A DNA stretch of 64,000 nt, from the NCBI GenBank assembly GCA_965113315.1, contig OZ220366.1. One strand, 5' to 3'. Positions 25,032 through 37,850 of this stretch are shown piece after piece. Positions within the stretch are counted from its first letter, which is position 1, and the number at the start of each line of letters is the position of its first letter. The position numbers and the translations under genes were made by a program. The stretch is from Podarcis vaucheri (Eukaryota). The notes beneath the pieces were generated by a model, which made no database searches, had not been told where the DNA came from, and saw nothing but the letters and a program-made list of their open reading frames with translations.

Positions 25032-27662
25032 CATGTACGGAATGCAACTGTATGTAGTGGGAAGCCTTTGTATCCCTGGTCACAAGCTGGTGTCCAATGA
25101 TATCTGGAGAACAAGAGGTTCTCCCTCCCTGGGATAGAGAAGAGACATGGCAAATTTGTTAGACATGATGAAACACTCACTTTAAAAGCAAACAGATCAT
25201 AGAACTGTACAGTGTGTCCAAATGGCATATCTGTTCTATCCATTCATGCAAAATTACGGCGTGTGATGGCTTTTGGTGTTCAAAAACGGTGATTTGAATG
25301 TATTTGCACCTTTTCAGGAATCAGTGAGCTGCCAATTTAGTTGTAATTCCCAGAGGAAACGTATAAATCTGATTAGAGCGCTCCTTGTTATACAGGAGCC
25401 CCATTTCAGAACACAGTTATGAAGGTAGTCATCACAATTCCTCCCAAGTGTGTTAGTGTTTATACTGGCATAAATGTCTAGAAGAGGACTGTTCAATTTG
25501 GTGTGTAACGTGCTATGAAAGGGGAGTTTAGTCCATGAAAGCTTAGCGTATTTTACTCAAAAGGCCCACAAAACTAATGGAAAACTGGGATTGTCGAGCT
25601 GAGTTTCTACCATAATGTCAGAGCTATAGTATATCAAGGGTGGTCTAATAAGAGTCTGTGGAAACTCCTTCTCACTCAAATGCTTTCCCCCCCCTTGTGG
25701 AATCTGGAGTTCGTTGTTCAGCACAGAGTGAATGACATAAAGGGCAAAATATGTCATCATTCTGAAACTTCATACATTATTTAAATTCTGGCAAGATTGT
25801 ACCAATGTTTGCTTTTACTGAAGGTGCAGATGAGAATCTTAAGATCTGAATATGGAATTTAGATTTTTAAATTTGAAGGAGCGCCAATGAAAATAATTTC
25901 AAACACACAACTATATTATATAATGACTGACTACATCATGTCTGACTGGAAAAGTAGAGATAGTTATGCAGAAATAAGAAGTGGGGAGTTTCAGTTACCT
26001 GTGAAGACTATGGACACAAAACATGTCAAGATCCCTACTGAAATTCGCTACAAATTTATTACAAGGTAAGTAGATTTGGCTGTTCTGATACTCTATAACG
26101 TCTGTAAGATAAATGTCATTTATGAGGGGGGGAGCAGAGGAGGGGATTTCTACAGGCAAGGGCTCCAATTTAGATGGGCACCACATTCTGGCAACAGGGT
26201 TTTCTTCTTTAAAATAAAAGTGGCAAGTTTGAGCACACTTTAAAAAAGTGTGCTTATTGCAACATGTAGCTTGGCCTTTATATTTTCCACTCAGAAGTTT
26301 CCATTTATTTTATATGTATTTATTTCATTTTATAAACCAACCTGGCCCTGTGATCATCATCACCATTCTTTGTGTGCCTCCTCCATGAGAGGTCTGGAGG
26401 GTGACAGCACAAGAATGGGCCTTTTCTGTAGTAGCTCCCTGTTTGTAGAATGCTTTCCTCAGGAAGGTACAATAAAAGAGTAAATAAAATCCTTATATGT
26501 TCCTGATGCGTTATTATAATATTGCCCAATTCCACAGTATTAGCTTTTGCAGCAGAACCTGTGTGCCAGCGCAATGCAGAGTAAGTATGTGTGGGCAAAT
26601 ATGCAAAGTCCTGCATGTAAGTTTTTCAGGGAAAGATACACTGTTTCTGATTAATTGTTAGTCATGTAACCAAATATTCTTCTGGAACTTAATTCCCTGG
26701 TTCCAAGAATTTGGAATTGGGAACAGAATTCTCCTGACCCAACTGTAGTCACAATGGTATTAGATGATGTTCAAGTGAATGAACCCTTTTGATAGTATGG
26801 CCAATTTTATTAGCTCCTGTAATAAGAGATTTGAAGAAGTAGGTCAAAAAGATGGAAAGCAAGACCTAAAAAGAAAAAAAGAAAAAAGACAGATTGCACT
26901 GGATTGCAAAATGTGCCATATTTTGTGACAGCTCTGGTATCTTTGTCATTAAAAGTTGGATGTCATATCTTTCTTTTGGGCTCATTTATGTACCATTGAC
27001 CAACTTTATTTACCTGCCCTACTCATTCCAGGCCTCATCATCAACACATCTGTGATTTGACTTTGCCTCAAGAGAATAAAGATTTTAAGGGATATGATTA
27101 TACTATGAAATTAATAGTGCACAAAACACAAACATGTTGAGGTTTTAAAAGTAGGCCATTCAAAATGCTATGCAGACACAGAGGAGCTCAAACAGCATCA
27201 CACAAATACTTTTTAAACAATGAAATAATGCTTAAAACAATTCTCTTTAATGATAGGATGTCTTTAAATTGTGTGTTGTTCTTTTCTCTTTTCAAGAGAC
27301 ATTGACATTCTGACTATGCTTTCTTTGGCTACAGTCCACCAGCCATTTAAGTTTACTAAAAGTCGCATGGCTCTTGCAGAGTGAATGAGTAGCTGGCTAT
27401 GGTTTACAGCTACAGTCTTTACCTTATAATGGAGCAAGACCACAAAATATTAGAGAGCAATTGAAAACATAACAAATGTGAAAATAAAATTGATATATCA
27501 ACTGTTGTTGGCATCCATCTGTTTTGAGAGACAATGAAGTCCACCTCTGGGGGTGAAGTGGCTGCCAGGGTGGTGAATGGGGCAACCCAATGGGACCGTG
27601 TATCACTGGTCCTGAAAGCACTGCATTGATTCCCAGTGACTGCTCACAGAAGTATTATATAT

Positions 27663-27865
27663 TTGCTAAAAGGGGTGGGGACAGAATGTACCCATTAGAC
27701 CAAAAGCCATGAGTGCAGCAAAAGTCCCCTATACCACTCACTGACTGATCTTTCAGGAACCACCACATCACTGTGCCTCCTAAGTCCAACTTGGATAAGC
27801 AGTCCAAGAGGATACCATGGTTGATAGTATCAAAAGCTGATGAGAGATCCAGGACCAACAGAGTC
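27663..27865 (-). mobile_element. Old L2 RT-domain fragment
   Basis: Translation LLVLDLSSAFDTINHGILLDCL...GGTVMWWF matches the L2 RT motif DLSAAFDT. Confidence 0.75.
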
Positions 27866-29474
27866 TGCACATACAGAATTTCAGGCCATTTACAATAATG
27901 ACTCATGCATATTAATATTCTTTCTTTTGAGTCTATGTTTCTGTCCGTCACAGTTCTTTGTCCCATGTTTTAGGACCAGTTCTGTTCTCAATATATCAAG
28001 CAAAATTTCTCCAGGATTATGTGGACTTCTCTATCTCACTAATTGCACCTTATCTGAGTTCCTTTGATAATTATGTTCCGGATCGAACATGAGCTGCTAA
28101 AAGAGACTTAACCCTATCAATATATCTCTTTACAAATGGCTAAGCATATTATATGAATCTGGATTAGACTCACATAATTTATTTCTAACAGAAACTTTAT
28201 AGGGGGGAGGAAAATTAATCTCAAGAAAATATCTATAAACTCTTAGTCATTAAAAAAGCATAGTATGTATTTTGACACATGGATGAACAATTGGAATCCA
28301 CACAACTATGCAACAGAGCCTTTAAAAATAAGTTTGGAGTATATATTTAATATATTTAGAGTTCATAGATATGAAAAATATATTGCATACCTAATCTGCA
28401 CAATAATTTGTAAATAAGTTTACATTAAATTAACTATGATCAAGTAGATTAAATATAGTTAAGCAGGAGGCTTTGTCTGTCCAGCTGTGTGCCAGTGGGG
28501 TGTGGGGAAGATAATACAAGGCTTTGCCATTCCTTGAACCCTTGATGTAGTTGGCCAGAGCACCCCTAGCCTGGTGTACCCTAGATGTTATCCCTGTTTT
28601 GCAGAAAATACCCCCAGAAGGTATTTCTGGTGACAAGGCTTAGGCTCATTATTTGGACCAAGGGATGAGTTGGATTGGACTGGGAATCAGGGGGCCTACT
28701 CCTGCATCTTTCCACACAGAAAGAAACAATGTGATCAGAATTTTCATTTGATCTTCATGGAAATGTGCCTGGAGATAATTTGCTCAGTAGCAGGAAATGC
28801 TATAAACTTGGAATTCTATTTAGTTCCAGAATAAAGAGAAGCATGGCTTACTAGGGGAATTGCATGCTCCAAGGGTGGTGGTTGGGTGCTTTTGATACTA
28901 TTAACTGTAGGAATTGTTTTCATAATTTGTGAGGAGTCATATGTTTGGAAGCAAGAGACTTTGCCAAAGGGAAATCCCAAAATATACAGTTTCTTCTACT
29001 TCCAAATGCGCTCCTGGGCTGAAAAGGTTTGGGAACGCCTGGTTTAGTATAAAACAGATTCATTTCACAATTTTAGTAATCAGCTTGAAAATCGGGTATC
29101 TCAGGCAGCATGTGGTTTGATAGCATGCTATAGTCCACGGATAGATTTAAATAACCTTGTCCGGAAAGAATTAGACACAAAGAATGGGATACAGTATATC
29201 TTAATCTCATACTATGTATCCCGTCTGTATCAGATAAAAGAAAAACTCAGTGAAGCTGGGTGGTTGGCAAAGTCAAAGCTAAAGGAGATTAATTAAGAAA
29301 CAAGCTGGGTTTTTTTCAGTCTGATTTGTTGGTGATTGTGAGACAGCTGTATGTATAGCTAAATTTTTGTTTGTTTAAAATGTCGAGGCTAAATGTATAA
29401 TTGCAGCAATACACTATTCTATAATCAATACAATCATATCAATAATGCCATAAGGACAACAACTGTAGTGGTAT

Positions 29475-30260
29475 CACCACACTCTGATATAGCCACAGTG
29501 ATCCATGTGACAGTCACCTCCAGGCTCATTTATTGTAACTCACTCTACGCAGGGCTGCCCTTGAAGCTGACCCAGAAACTCCAGTGGGTGTAGATTGCCA
29601 CTGTGAGGCTCCTTACGGGGTCCTTGCCACAGGACCACATTCATCCAGTGCTATAGCAGCTGCACTGGCTCCCGGTGGAGTACAGGGTCAGGTTTAAGGT
29701 GATGGTTTTAACCTTTAAAGCCCTATATGGCATAGGACCCTCGTACTTATGGGACCGCCTCTCCTGTTATGCGCCACAGAGGACCTTACAGTCCACAAAT
29801 AATAATATTTTGGAGGTTCTGGGCCTCAATGAGGTAAAACTGGCCTCAACCAGGGCCAGGGCCTTTTTGGCTTTGGTCCCAGCCTGGTGGAACACTCTAT
29901 CGCAGGAGACCAGGGCCCTGTGGGACTTGACGTCTTTCCACAGGGCCTGCAAAATGGAGTTGTTCCGCCTGGCCTTCGGTCCAGGCCCAGTTTGACCTCC
30001 CTGTATGGGACCCTGTCAGTTACCTCTTTGGCCCTTTTATCAGCTCATGTGGGATAGCTGGCCCTGATGAATACTTGAGGTTCCTGACCCCTGTGTTTGT
30101 AATTCATGGGCAATCATTTAATTTTATCCTGATTCTAATTTTTAAGCTGCATTTTAATCAGTTGTTTGATTGTGTTTTAATGTATTTGATATTTGATGTT
30201 AGCCACCCTGAGCCTGGTCTTGGCCAGGGAGGGCGGGGTATAAATAAAAATTTACTTACT
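29475..30260 (+). mobile_element. L2 LINE 3' fragment (second subfamily)
   Basis: VTSRLIYCNSLYAGLP...HWLPVEYRVRFKVMVLTFKALYG, with in-frame stops. Its 3' UTR ends gggcggggtataaataaa. Confidence 0.88.
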
Positions 30261-30501
30261 CTCTCAAGCAAGTAGTTGAAATATTTTATATCCCTTGGGC
30301 CTTGAGCTTCATCCTACTGCTCCCAAAACGTTGTGGACACCCAAACACCCAAAAAACAACAACTGGTGATGCTCAGAACCCCCACCCCAATATGTGAAGC
30401 ATGTACACATGTCACTAAAAACAAATAAAACACAGGGGAAACATTCCCCCTCCCCAAAATAAACCAAAATAATATCCTATTGTCCTATTATTTCACTATA
30501 A

Positions 30502-30659
30502 CTGGGATAGCTCAGTGGGTAAAAGCATGACTCTTAATCTCAGGGTTGCAGGTTTGAGCCCCACATTCCACAGAAGACTCTTTCATTGCAGGGGGTTGGA
30601 CTAGATGACCCTCAAGGTCCCTTCCAACTCTACAACTCAATAATTCTTCCATGATTCTA
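30502..30659 (+). mobile_element. tRNA(Lys)-derived SINE with CR1 3' tail
   Basis: gatagctcagtgggtaaaagcatgactcttaatctcagggttgcaggtttgagcccc (Lys-CTT-like head), then ggttggactagatgaccctcaaggtcccttccaactctac...atgattcta. Confidence 0.85.
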
Positions 30660-30934
30660 CATCCCCAAAATTCTTCCATCTTAAAACAAAGGCAAGAATG
30701 CAATGTAACTTTTAGAAGAGAAGCCCTTTCAGAAAACAAGGCAGTAATATTATATTATTCAATTTCAAAATGTGTTCCAAGTTGGTATTAAAAAGTGTTT
30801 CCCTTCTTTCAGTCCCAAACTTCAAGCTCTTTTATAATAATTATGAAATGATTACTTGCATAAGTAAAATATATGGAGACTAATGACACTCTGTGTTGCA
30901 TGTGTGGGCCTTTCTCTGATTTCAACAGCAACTG

Positions 30935-30953
30935 TACACCACCTGGAGGCCAT
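30935..30953 (-). promoter_or_regulatory. Candidate CTCF motif
   Basis: Minus strand atggcctccaggtggtgta is close to the consensus TGGCCACCAGGGGGCGCTA. Motif match only. Confidence 0.4.
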
Positions 30954-31592
30954 AATTTTAGCTCAGTGTGTTCACTAACAACCATCTGCTCCCTGCATCT
31001 CAGCAGATCCCCATTTGTAAGCCTACTGTCACTCGGCCGAATGCTGTACATGTGTTTAAAATGAAAGCCTCCTTTCTCCTCACGGTGTCCCTGTGTTAGT
31101 TACTGCTCATAAATGTGTTCACAATTAGCATTTTCTTCTTTGCTGTCCTTTGCCAGTAGCAAAATCTCATCTCTGATCCCTCCTTTATGAGCCATAATGA
31201 ATAGATTTGGAATTAAGATCATCTCCTCCAGATGTAGCAGTCCTTTGTCATCCCATTTTCATCCCTGTTTCCTGGGAATATATCGCCCCACCCAGGGTTT
31301 CTTTCAAGCTGATGGCCAGTTGTTCCTGCTGAGCTTCATGAACTCGTTCAAAGGAACCACAAAGAACACCTTTGAGGCTATCATTTCTTTTTACACCAGA
31401 CATTTGGAGTGCTTAGCCCAGCCCAGCACAGATTGGTAAAGTGAGCTGGGTGAAGAAGATGAAGGGGCTCCTGCACCTTTCAGAGTAATATAAAAGAGGA
31501 AATGCAAATTACACCTGGATGCATTTAGGACTCATGTGCCTTTAATAGTAATATAGAAAAGGGGGTGTAAGCTACACTGGGCTCTGGAGGAT

Positions 31593-32032
31593 TGGGTGAC
31601 TGGGCGTGGCTGCTGAGACCATATAACACTGGTCCTGAAAGACCTACATTGGCTCCCAGTACATTTCCAAATACAATTCAAAGTGTTAGTGCTTGGCCCA
31701 GTATAGCTGAAGGAGTGTCTCCACCCCCATTGTTCTGCCTGGACACTGAGGTCCAGCGCCGAGGGCCTTCTGGCAGTTCCCTCACTGCGAGAAGTGAGGT
31801 TACATGGAACCAGGCAGAGGGCCTTTTCGGTGGTGCTGCCCACCCTATGGAACGCCCTCCCATCAGATGTCAAGGAAATAAACAACTATCTGACTTTTAG
31901 AAGACACCTGAAGACAGCCCTGTTTAGGGAAGTTTTTAATGTTTGATGTTTTATTCTGTTTTTAATCTGTTGGGAGCCACCCAGCATGGCTGGTGAAACC
32001 CAGACGGAGGGGCGGGGTATAAGTAAATAATT

Positions 32033-32069
<37 letters not shown>
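31593..32069 (+). mobile_element. L2 LINE 3' fragment with (CTA)n tail
   Basis: ...KDLHWLPV... coding remnant and the same 3' UTR as the 23278 and 24599 copies. (TAC)n at 32033-32069. Confidence 0.88.
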
Positions 32070-32443
32070 GAGAACAGTTTTGAGGTAATGGGGTACAGGG
32101 GAAGTCCCACTGTGCAAACGAAGCTCACTCTGCTTGCACATATCTCACTTAGTTCTGTGTTGAATTTCACCCTTTAAGTTCAGAAAACCATTTAAAGTGT
32201 ATCATAATTTAAAAATGTGTAATTGTAGAAACATATGTATCCAATTCTGTTCCATGTCTATAAATAAATTGGCTTATCCAAATACATTGCTGAGTTGTTC
32301 CTGTTACTTAACTGTAGGCACATCTCACTGTTTCTAATGGAAGCTAATCATGCTAGATTTGATTTCCTTGGCCACCTACAATTCTATTGTTTCCCTGTAC
32401 AGATTTGTATTTGCACCACTTCGGTACAATTACCTTACAATTA

Positions 32444-32553
32444 CAGATGTTGTTGGACTCCAGTTCCTATCAACCCCAGCCAGAATGGTCAATGGTCAAG
32501 TATGATGGGAGTTAGTTCAGCAACATCTGGAAGGCCACAGTTAACCCCAGCCT
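32444..32553. mobile_element. Palindromic hAT-type MITE fragment
   Basis: cagatgttgttggactc...cagcaacatctggaaggccacag. Confidence 0.65.
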
Positions 32554-33539
32554 TGCCACAAGGAAAGGAAGACAACAGAAAAGAGTGAGCCTACAGAGGG
32601 TATCTGCCTCCGGCCTTGCGCTGTTTATGATACTCACCTTAGCAGGTCTTACAACTTTAAGTCTGGCTAAAGGCTGTTTCTTGCTGCCTATCTTCAAGTG
32701 TACAGTGAGATGTGAATTAGTTTTTCACTGCAATATTCTCAAGCACTGGGATTGTGTGCATGGAAAAGGGCAGTGCAAGGAGGAGGAGAAACTAATGCTG
32801 AAGACTGAAATCAGAATTCCAAGTTAGAGTATTTCCTTTGATAACAAGGAAAATCACTCCCATGAGTCTGAGCAACTCTTCCCCCTGCATGCACAGTTGG
32901 ACTGGCAAGTACAGCTTTGTTCAGGTGTTCATGTTATGTGCTCCTCCTCTCTGTACATTTGTTTAAGCTTCGCAGTGCCTCCTCTCTGCAGGGACTGGAT
33001 GTGTTATTGATTCCCCACAGGTGACTTTGTTGAGCAGCTGATCCGGTTCTGTCTCTACTTGCCCCACACCTAATGTCACATATTATTTAAGGTGTTGGAC
33101 AGGTGGGTATGGTTTGGGGGAAATGGTCTTTCAGGCAGCATTGTGGCCCATGCTGGTCCAGTTTGGCTTGTGGGCTGGAGATTCCCCACCCTAGATTTAA
33201 AGTGGCAATGCTTTCCTATTTGACCCCTTTTTAATGGGTCATTTTGAAATGTTTTGAAATGACCTTGCATACTTTTATGAATTGTAGGTTGGTAAACCCC
33301 AGGTAAAAATGATTGGGGCTCAATTTCTGGCTGAAGGTGTGAAGGAGCTACGTAAATATGTAACTTGCCCATTCGAATCAACAGGACTGAAAGCTGCTTT
33401 AATCTGACTGTCTCATCTGATAAACAAACAGACAGATAATCAAACAAACACTATTTTTTTGGCCAGGCCAGAATGATATTAATTGATTGAATGGGGGGCA
33501 CATCCTTGGTGAGGTGCAGCTTCACTAAATCTTAACGTA

Positions 33540-33945
33540 CCGTATTTTTCACTCTATAACACGCACCCGACCATAACACGCACATAGTTTTGAGAAGAGG
33601 AAAACAAGAAAAAAAATATTCTAAACGAAACGGTGGATGTATGATTTTTGTGGTTCATGCTGCGGCCACAGACATGTGATCTGACGGTGAGTTTGGGGTA
33701 GCCCAATGCAAAAATCCTGAGGATCCATGTGGATCCATGCTTTGTAACCATGTTTTTGCACCATTGTGGCCCCAGGCAACAGTGGGTGCGTGATTTTTTT
33801 GGCGCAGGCTGTAACCATGGATCCTCTGCTCACGACTGCAGCAGATCCCCCTGTCATCCGTAGGCATTCGCTCCATAACACGCACAGACATTTACCCTTA
33901 CTTTCTAGAAGGAAAAAAGTGAGTGTTATGGTGCAAAAAATATGG
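33540..33945. mobile_element. Tc2/pogo-type MITE (CCGTA termini)
   Basis: TA|ccgtatttttcactctataacacgcac...gtgagtgttatggtgcaaaaaatatgg|TA, with internal ccataacacgcac repeats. Confidence 0.88.
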
Positions 33946-36299
33946 TAGGTCTTACATAATGTCAGAAGATTAGACGGAAATAAATCTGGACAGTGGACTA
34001 ACTTTATGAGCAGTGGCGCATTTCCTTCAAGGAAACTACAATTGCACACTTGCAAAGATATTTTTAGCTTCGGAATGTGTATGTAATTGGGCTCTGGGTT
34101 TATTATTATTATTATTAACTCATTATTTCCATTTTGGATCTCAGGTCTCCTTTGCTATTTCTCTAAGGGGCACCTGCTGGAAATATATTCGAAGGGAAAG
34201 AATAACAAGTGCTTGTTGCTCTAACATAGTTGTTCGCAGCAGCTAGCATGGAATACAGATGCTAATGTAACGCCTAAAAGTGCCTGTCTTTCTAGTGAAG
34301 AAAGTTGCTAGTTATTTAATCACTTTTCAGTGTTGCATATTTGTTTGAATAACAGCAAAATATGCCCAGAAGCCACCTCATGCTTTAGTTTTAAAACTCA
34401 AAAGGCCGCTCTGCATAAAACAGACATCATGTTTGTTCCCAATGTAGGTAATGTAGCATTCCCCAATAAACTGTTAATTGCTTCATTCCTCCAAAGACTT
34501 CCACAGCTGTGGCTATATATAGCTGCATGTGCACACTGTGCACTATATGCTGCGGTAACATCCAGTGTGAAGCAAGTGAAGAAAGTTCATGCAACAAACT
34601 ATGCACTGAAACCCCGTTGACAGAATCCTTGCCCACCATATGTCAAGCATGCAACAGTTGTGATAGCTGGAAATCTTTAGGAAGATAATTAGGAGAATGA
34701 GGCCCATCCCACTCCTGCCACTGTTCTACTTTGTCACTGCACCCAGTCACAGTTTTACAGTGGATTGTGTCGTTGTGCTAACAGAGCAGCATCTTGTCTG
34801 TTGCCTCTGGAGCTCATCAAGTCACTGAAACAGAAGCCACAGACATGGAAGATAACCTAGACACGTTTTTGTTTTTATTGGTATAAATAATGTGGGGGAA
34901 GCTGAGAAAGGGGACACTGGCTGGGAAGCACCCAAATCCCATTTTTAAAGGCAGCTCAGCTTAATTTCTCATTAGTACTCCAACGATGTAGGTTCTCTGA
35001 GCAAATCCCTTAATATTTTTAAAAGATGTGTGGCACACACAAAGATGTGCACAATGGGTCAGGGATTATTGCTTCAGATGAGGTGTGTTGAAAGTGCTTA
35101 GACTGACGTAGTTGGCAATTGCCGACTTTGCCGTCTTAATTACTACCATCTGTGTCAACTCAGAGTATGCATTGCAAATGGAAACAGGGAAGGAATGGGG
35201 TGTTCTCTGTGTGTACGTGAGCCTGTTTGCATGCAACTCCAGATATCTAGAATAGACGTTACAAGGAGCATTTCATCACTGGTGGACTTGTCAAGGCTGT
35301 ATTATCGCTCTCCTACCCCCATCCCCTCTGCTTTCCTAGGCTGCAAACAAAAAGATTAACAGTGCAATCATATCTACCCAGAAGTAAGCCCAGCGATAAA
35401 GATTGGAGCCTAAATTACTTCTGCTGTTCCACATGTGTTTTCCTTAGCAGATCTCCCTCTCTCCCTAACTCATAAAGTGTCCTTATGCCAATGAAAAACA
35501 ATATTTCTGTCTTGCTGAACCTGCTGTATCTTATGGCACAAATCTTTTATAAGAGAGAAGGAGGGGAGGAACCCATGGTGGCTGGCACTTTATAAATTTA
35601 TAGCAAAACTGCATTGCCAGCTGAATGAAAGAACTAAGTACAGTCCTTGTGTTGTATATGTGAAGCACTTGGCATGTAGAGCTGTTTGGAAGCAACCTGA
35701 ATTATTTCAGGGAACTTGAGTGGATTTTTACCAACTGCAACTTCAGATCCCAGAAAAGGACTGCTGACACTAGATTCTTGAACTACCTTACTTAGTTTAT
35801 AGGCATATGACATTGGCCTAGTGTGAGGTTTGTAGAACTGCAGCTGAATACATTTCAACTGAGCTGTACTAAACCACCATGGCTGAAACACATCAGGGCA
35901 GTTAACTATGGCTACTTCACAGACTGATAGAACCAACAGCATTCAAAGTGTTAGTTCTGACTTGTAGAGACATTTACAGGCTGGGAACTGCATTTGTCAG
36001 AGAATGCCTCTCCACCTATGAGTACACATGCGCACACACCTTAAGAACATTATATCAGCCTTCAAATCTAGTCAACTTCCCTGTTTCCCACAGTAGCCAA
36101 CCAGATGCCCATGGCAGACCCCACAAGTGCAATAGCCATAAGTCAAAGAAAGCAAAAAGAAAAATACACAGCTGCACAAATGGTTATAAACCATTATAGT
36201 TCTTAGTTAAATCACTTATTCCTTTAAACTTATGGTGGTTTTATTCCTCTGAATACGTATTTCAAGACCACTTAATTAGAATGTTGATTGTTAAACCCA

Positions 36300-36481
36300 T
36301 ATACTGATTGTTTTTACTGTCTATGTAAGAGAACTATACAGAAATTCTGGTTTTAATATCCTGGCTATTTGGTGTAATAAACAATTGATTGATTGATTGA
36401 TTGATTGATTATTATCTTGAGTAGCAGTGTGTTTAAGTACATTTTAGTTGTTTGTTTGTTTGTTTGTTTGTTTGTTTGTTT
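36300..36481 (+). repeat. Probable LINE 3' tail with (GATT)n, followed by (GTTT)n
   Basis: aataaa followed by (gatt)n at ~36385-36410. (gttt)n at ~36448-36481. Confidence 0.6.
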
Positions 36482-37713
36482 TTGGAATAAGAGAAGAATG
36501 GATGTTTATAAGGACAAATCAGTACTGTGTATTACCCCAAATGCTTATACTGAGAAACGCATTTCGCAAGTGCTTGCCATTGAATAAAACTTGAAATTCT
36601 GGCCTAATTGTTCAGCTGGAGCTTGGCATATATCCAAGATAAAAGCCAGAGCAGTGCCTGGTTTCCATAATGGTATTCTTAGTGAGTGTTCTCAGTGGGC
36701 TGGCTGCAAGGGAAGGCTCTTCCTTCATAGACCTCAGTCATATGAACTGAGCATCGCCAAAATAAAACTTCATTCAATGGTTTTGGTAGGCTAAATTGTT
36801 TGCTGCTGGTGAAACTGAATGATTGCTAGGAAGGTATTTATATATAAGCAGATATTGAGATGAAGAGGTGATATGTGTCTGCTTTCAGAGCTATGATAGC
36901 AAAGCTTTGATTTCATTTCAGCACCTTATTAGGTTTTTTTGGGGGGGAACCTCCACTTCAAAGAGGCTTGGGTAGGACATCTTCCAGTAAACAGTATTCT
37001 TTATCTGTACACACTCGAACCCTAGTTTTGGCATAATCTAAGGAATCATCATTGACAGTTTCATTATTATTATTTTCTAATAATCTCCCAAGTCTTTTGC
37101 AAACCAAACGATAGCTGGTGTGAGGCAAATGTCTTTGGAATTCTTTTCACTAAAACAGCCCCTCAAATACTAAGCAAAGGAGAGCTCATGTTGTACAGTA
37201 CTTCTCTCATGAAAGAGTTAATATAAGTTTCTGTCTGGGGAGAAGGTAGAAAATCATCCCTAATGCCCAAGGAAGTTGACACAGTGCTTACGTGCTCTTA
37301 GTGATGGTATCTCAGGAAGTATGATCTAGGCCAGCTTAGCCACCCCACATCCAAGTACATGCCTTCACCACCCTCCCATCCTCTCCCTGCTGTTTTATGT
37401 GAGGTTTATCCACCTCTCAAATTGCCTTTCTTAATCCTCCCTAGAGACACTGTTTGGAAAGAACCACTTTTCTGTCATCACAGAAAGGGCCCTTGATACT
37501 ACTGACCCACCTACAGGAATTGCTTTATGTCATTGTTCCAGTAGGAAGCAGCCTTTGAGCAGATCTAACGTTGCTGCAGGACATTTCCTGCTATGAGGGA
37601 AGTGATTTCGGGTGGGGTTCACTTGTTTCAGTCACCATCACTTTACTCAGCCTCTCCACCAGGAAGGTAACAAAGCTGGATTAAAAAAATCCATGGCCTC
37701 AGTCACATGTCAC

Positions 37714-37850
37714 GCCTGCACCATACATTGAAAAAAGAATGGCTTCCCTAAAAGAATCTTGGGAAATGTAGTCTACCCCTCACAGAGCTATAGTTCCCAG
37801 CTCCCTTAACAAACAGTTCCCAACGGAAGCCATGTGTTTAAATGTACCAT
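37714..37850. mobile_element. Degraded palindromic MITE (Harbinger-like), related to 59169
   Basis: Shares ctgcaccatacatt, cccctcacagagcta and cccttaacaaac with the 59169 element. Confidence 0.55.

Noticed and set aside
30502-30575. A tRNA-Lys gene (likewise 15550-15620, 46000-46072 and 57670-57740)
   Set aside because: The arms are degenerate and each is fused to a LINE-derived or CORE tail, so these are SINE heads.
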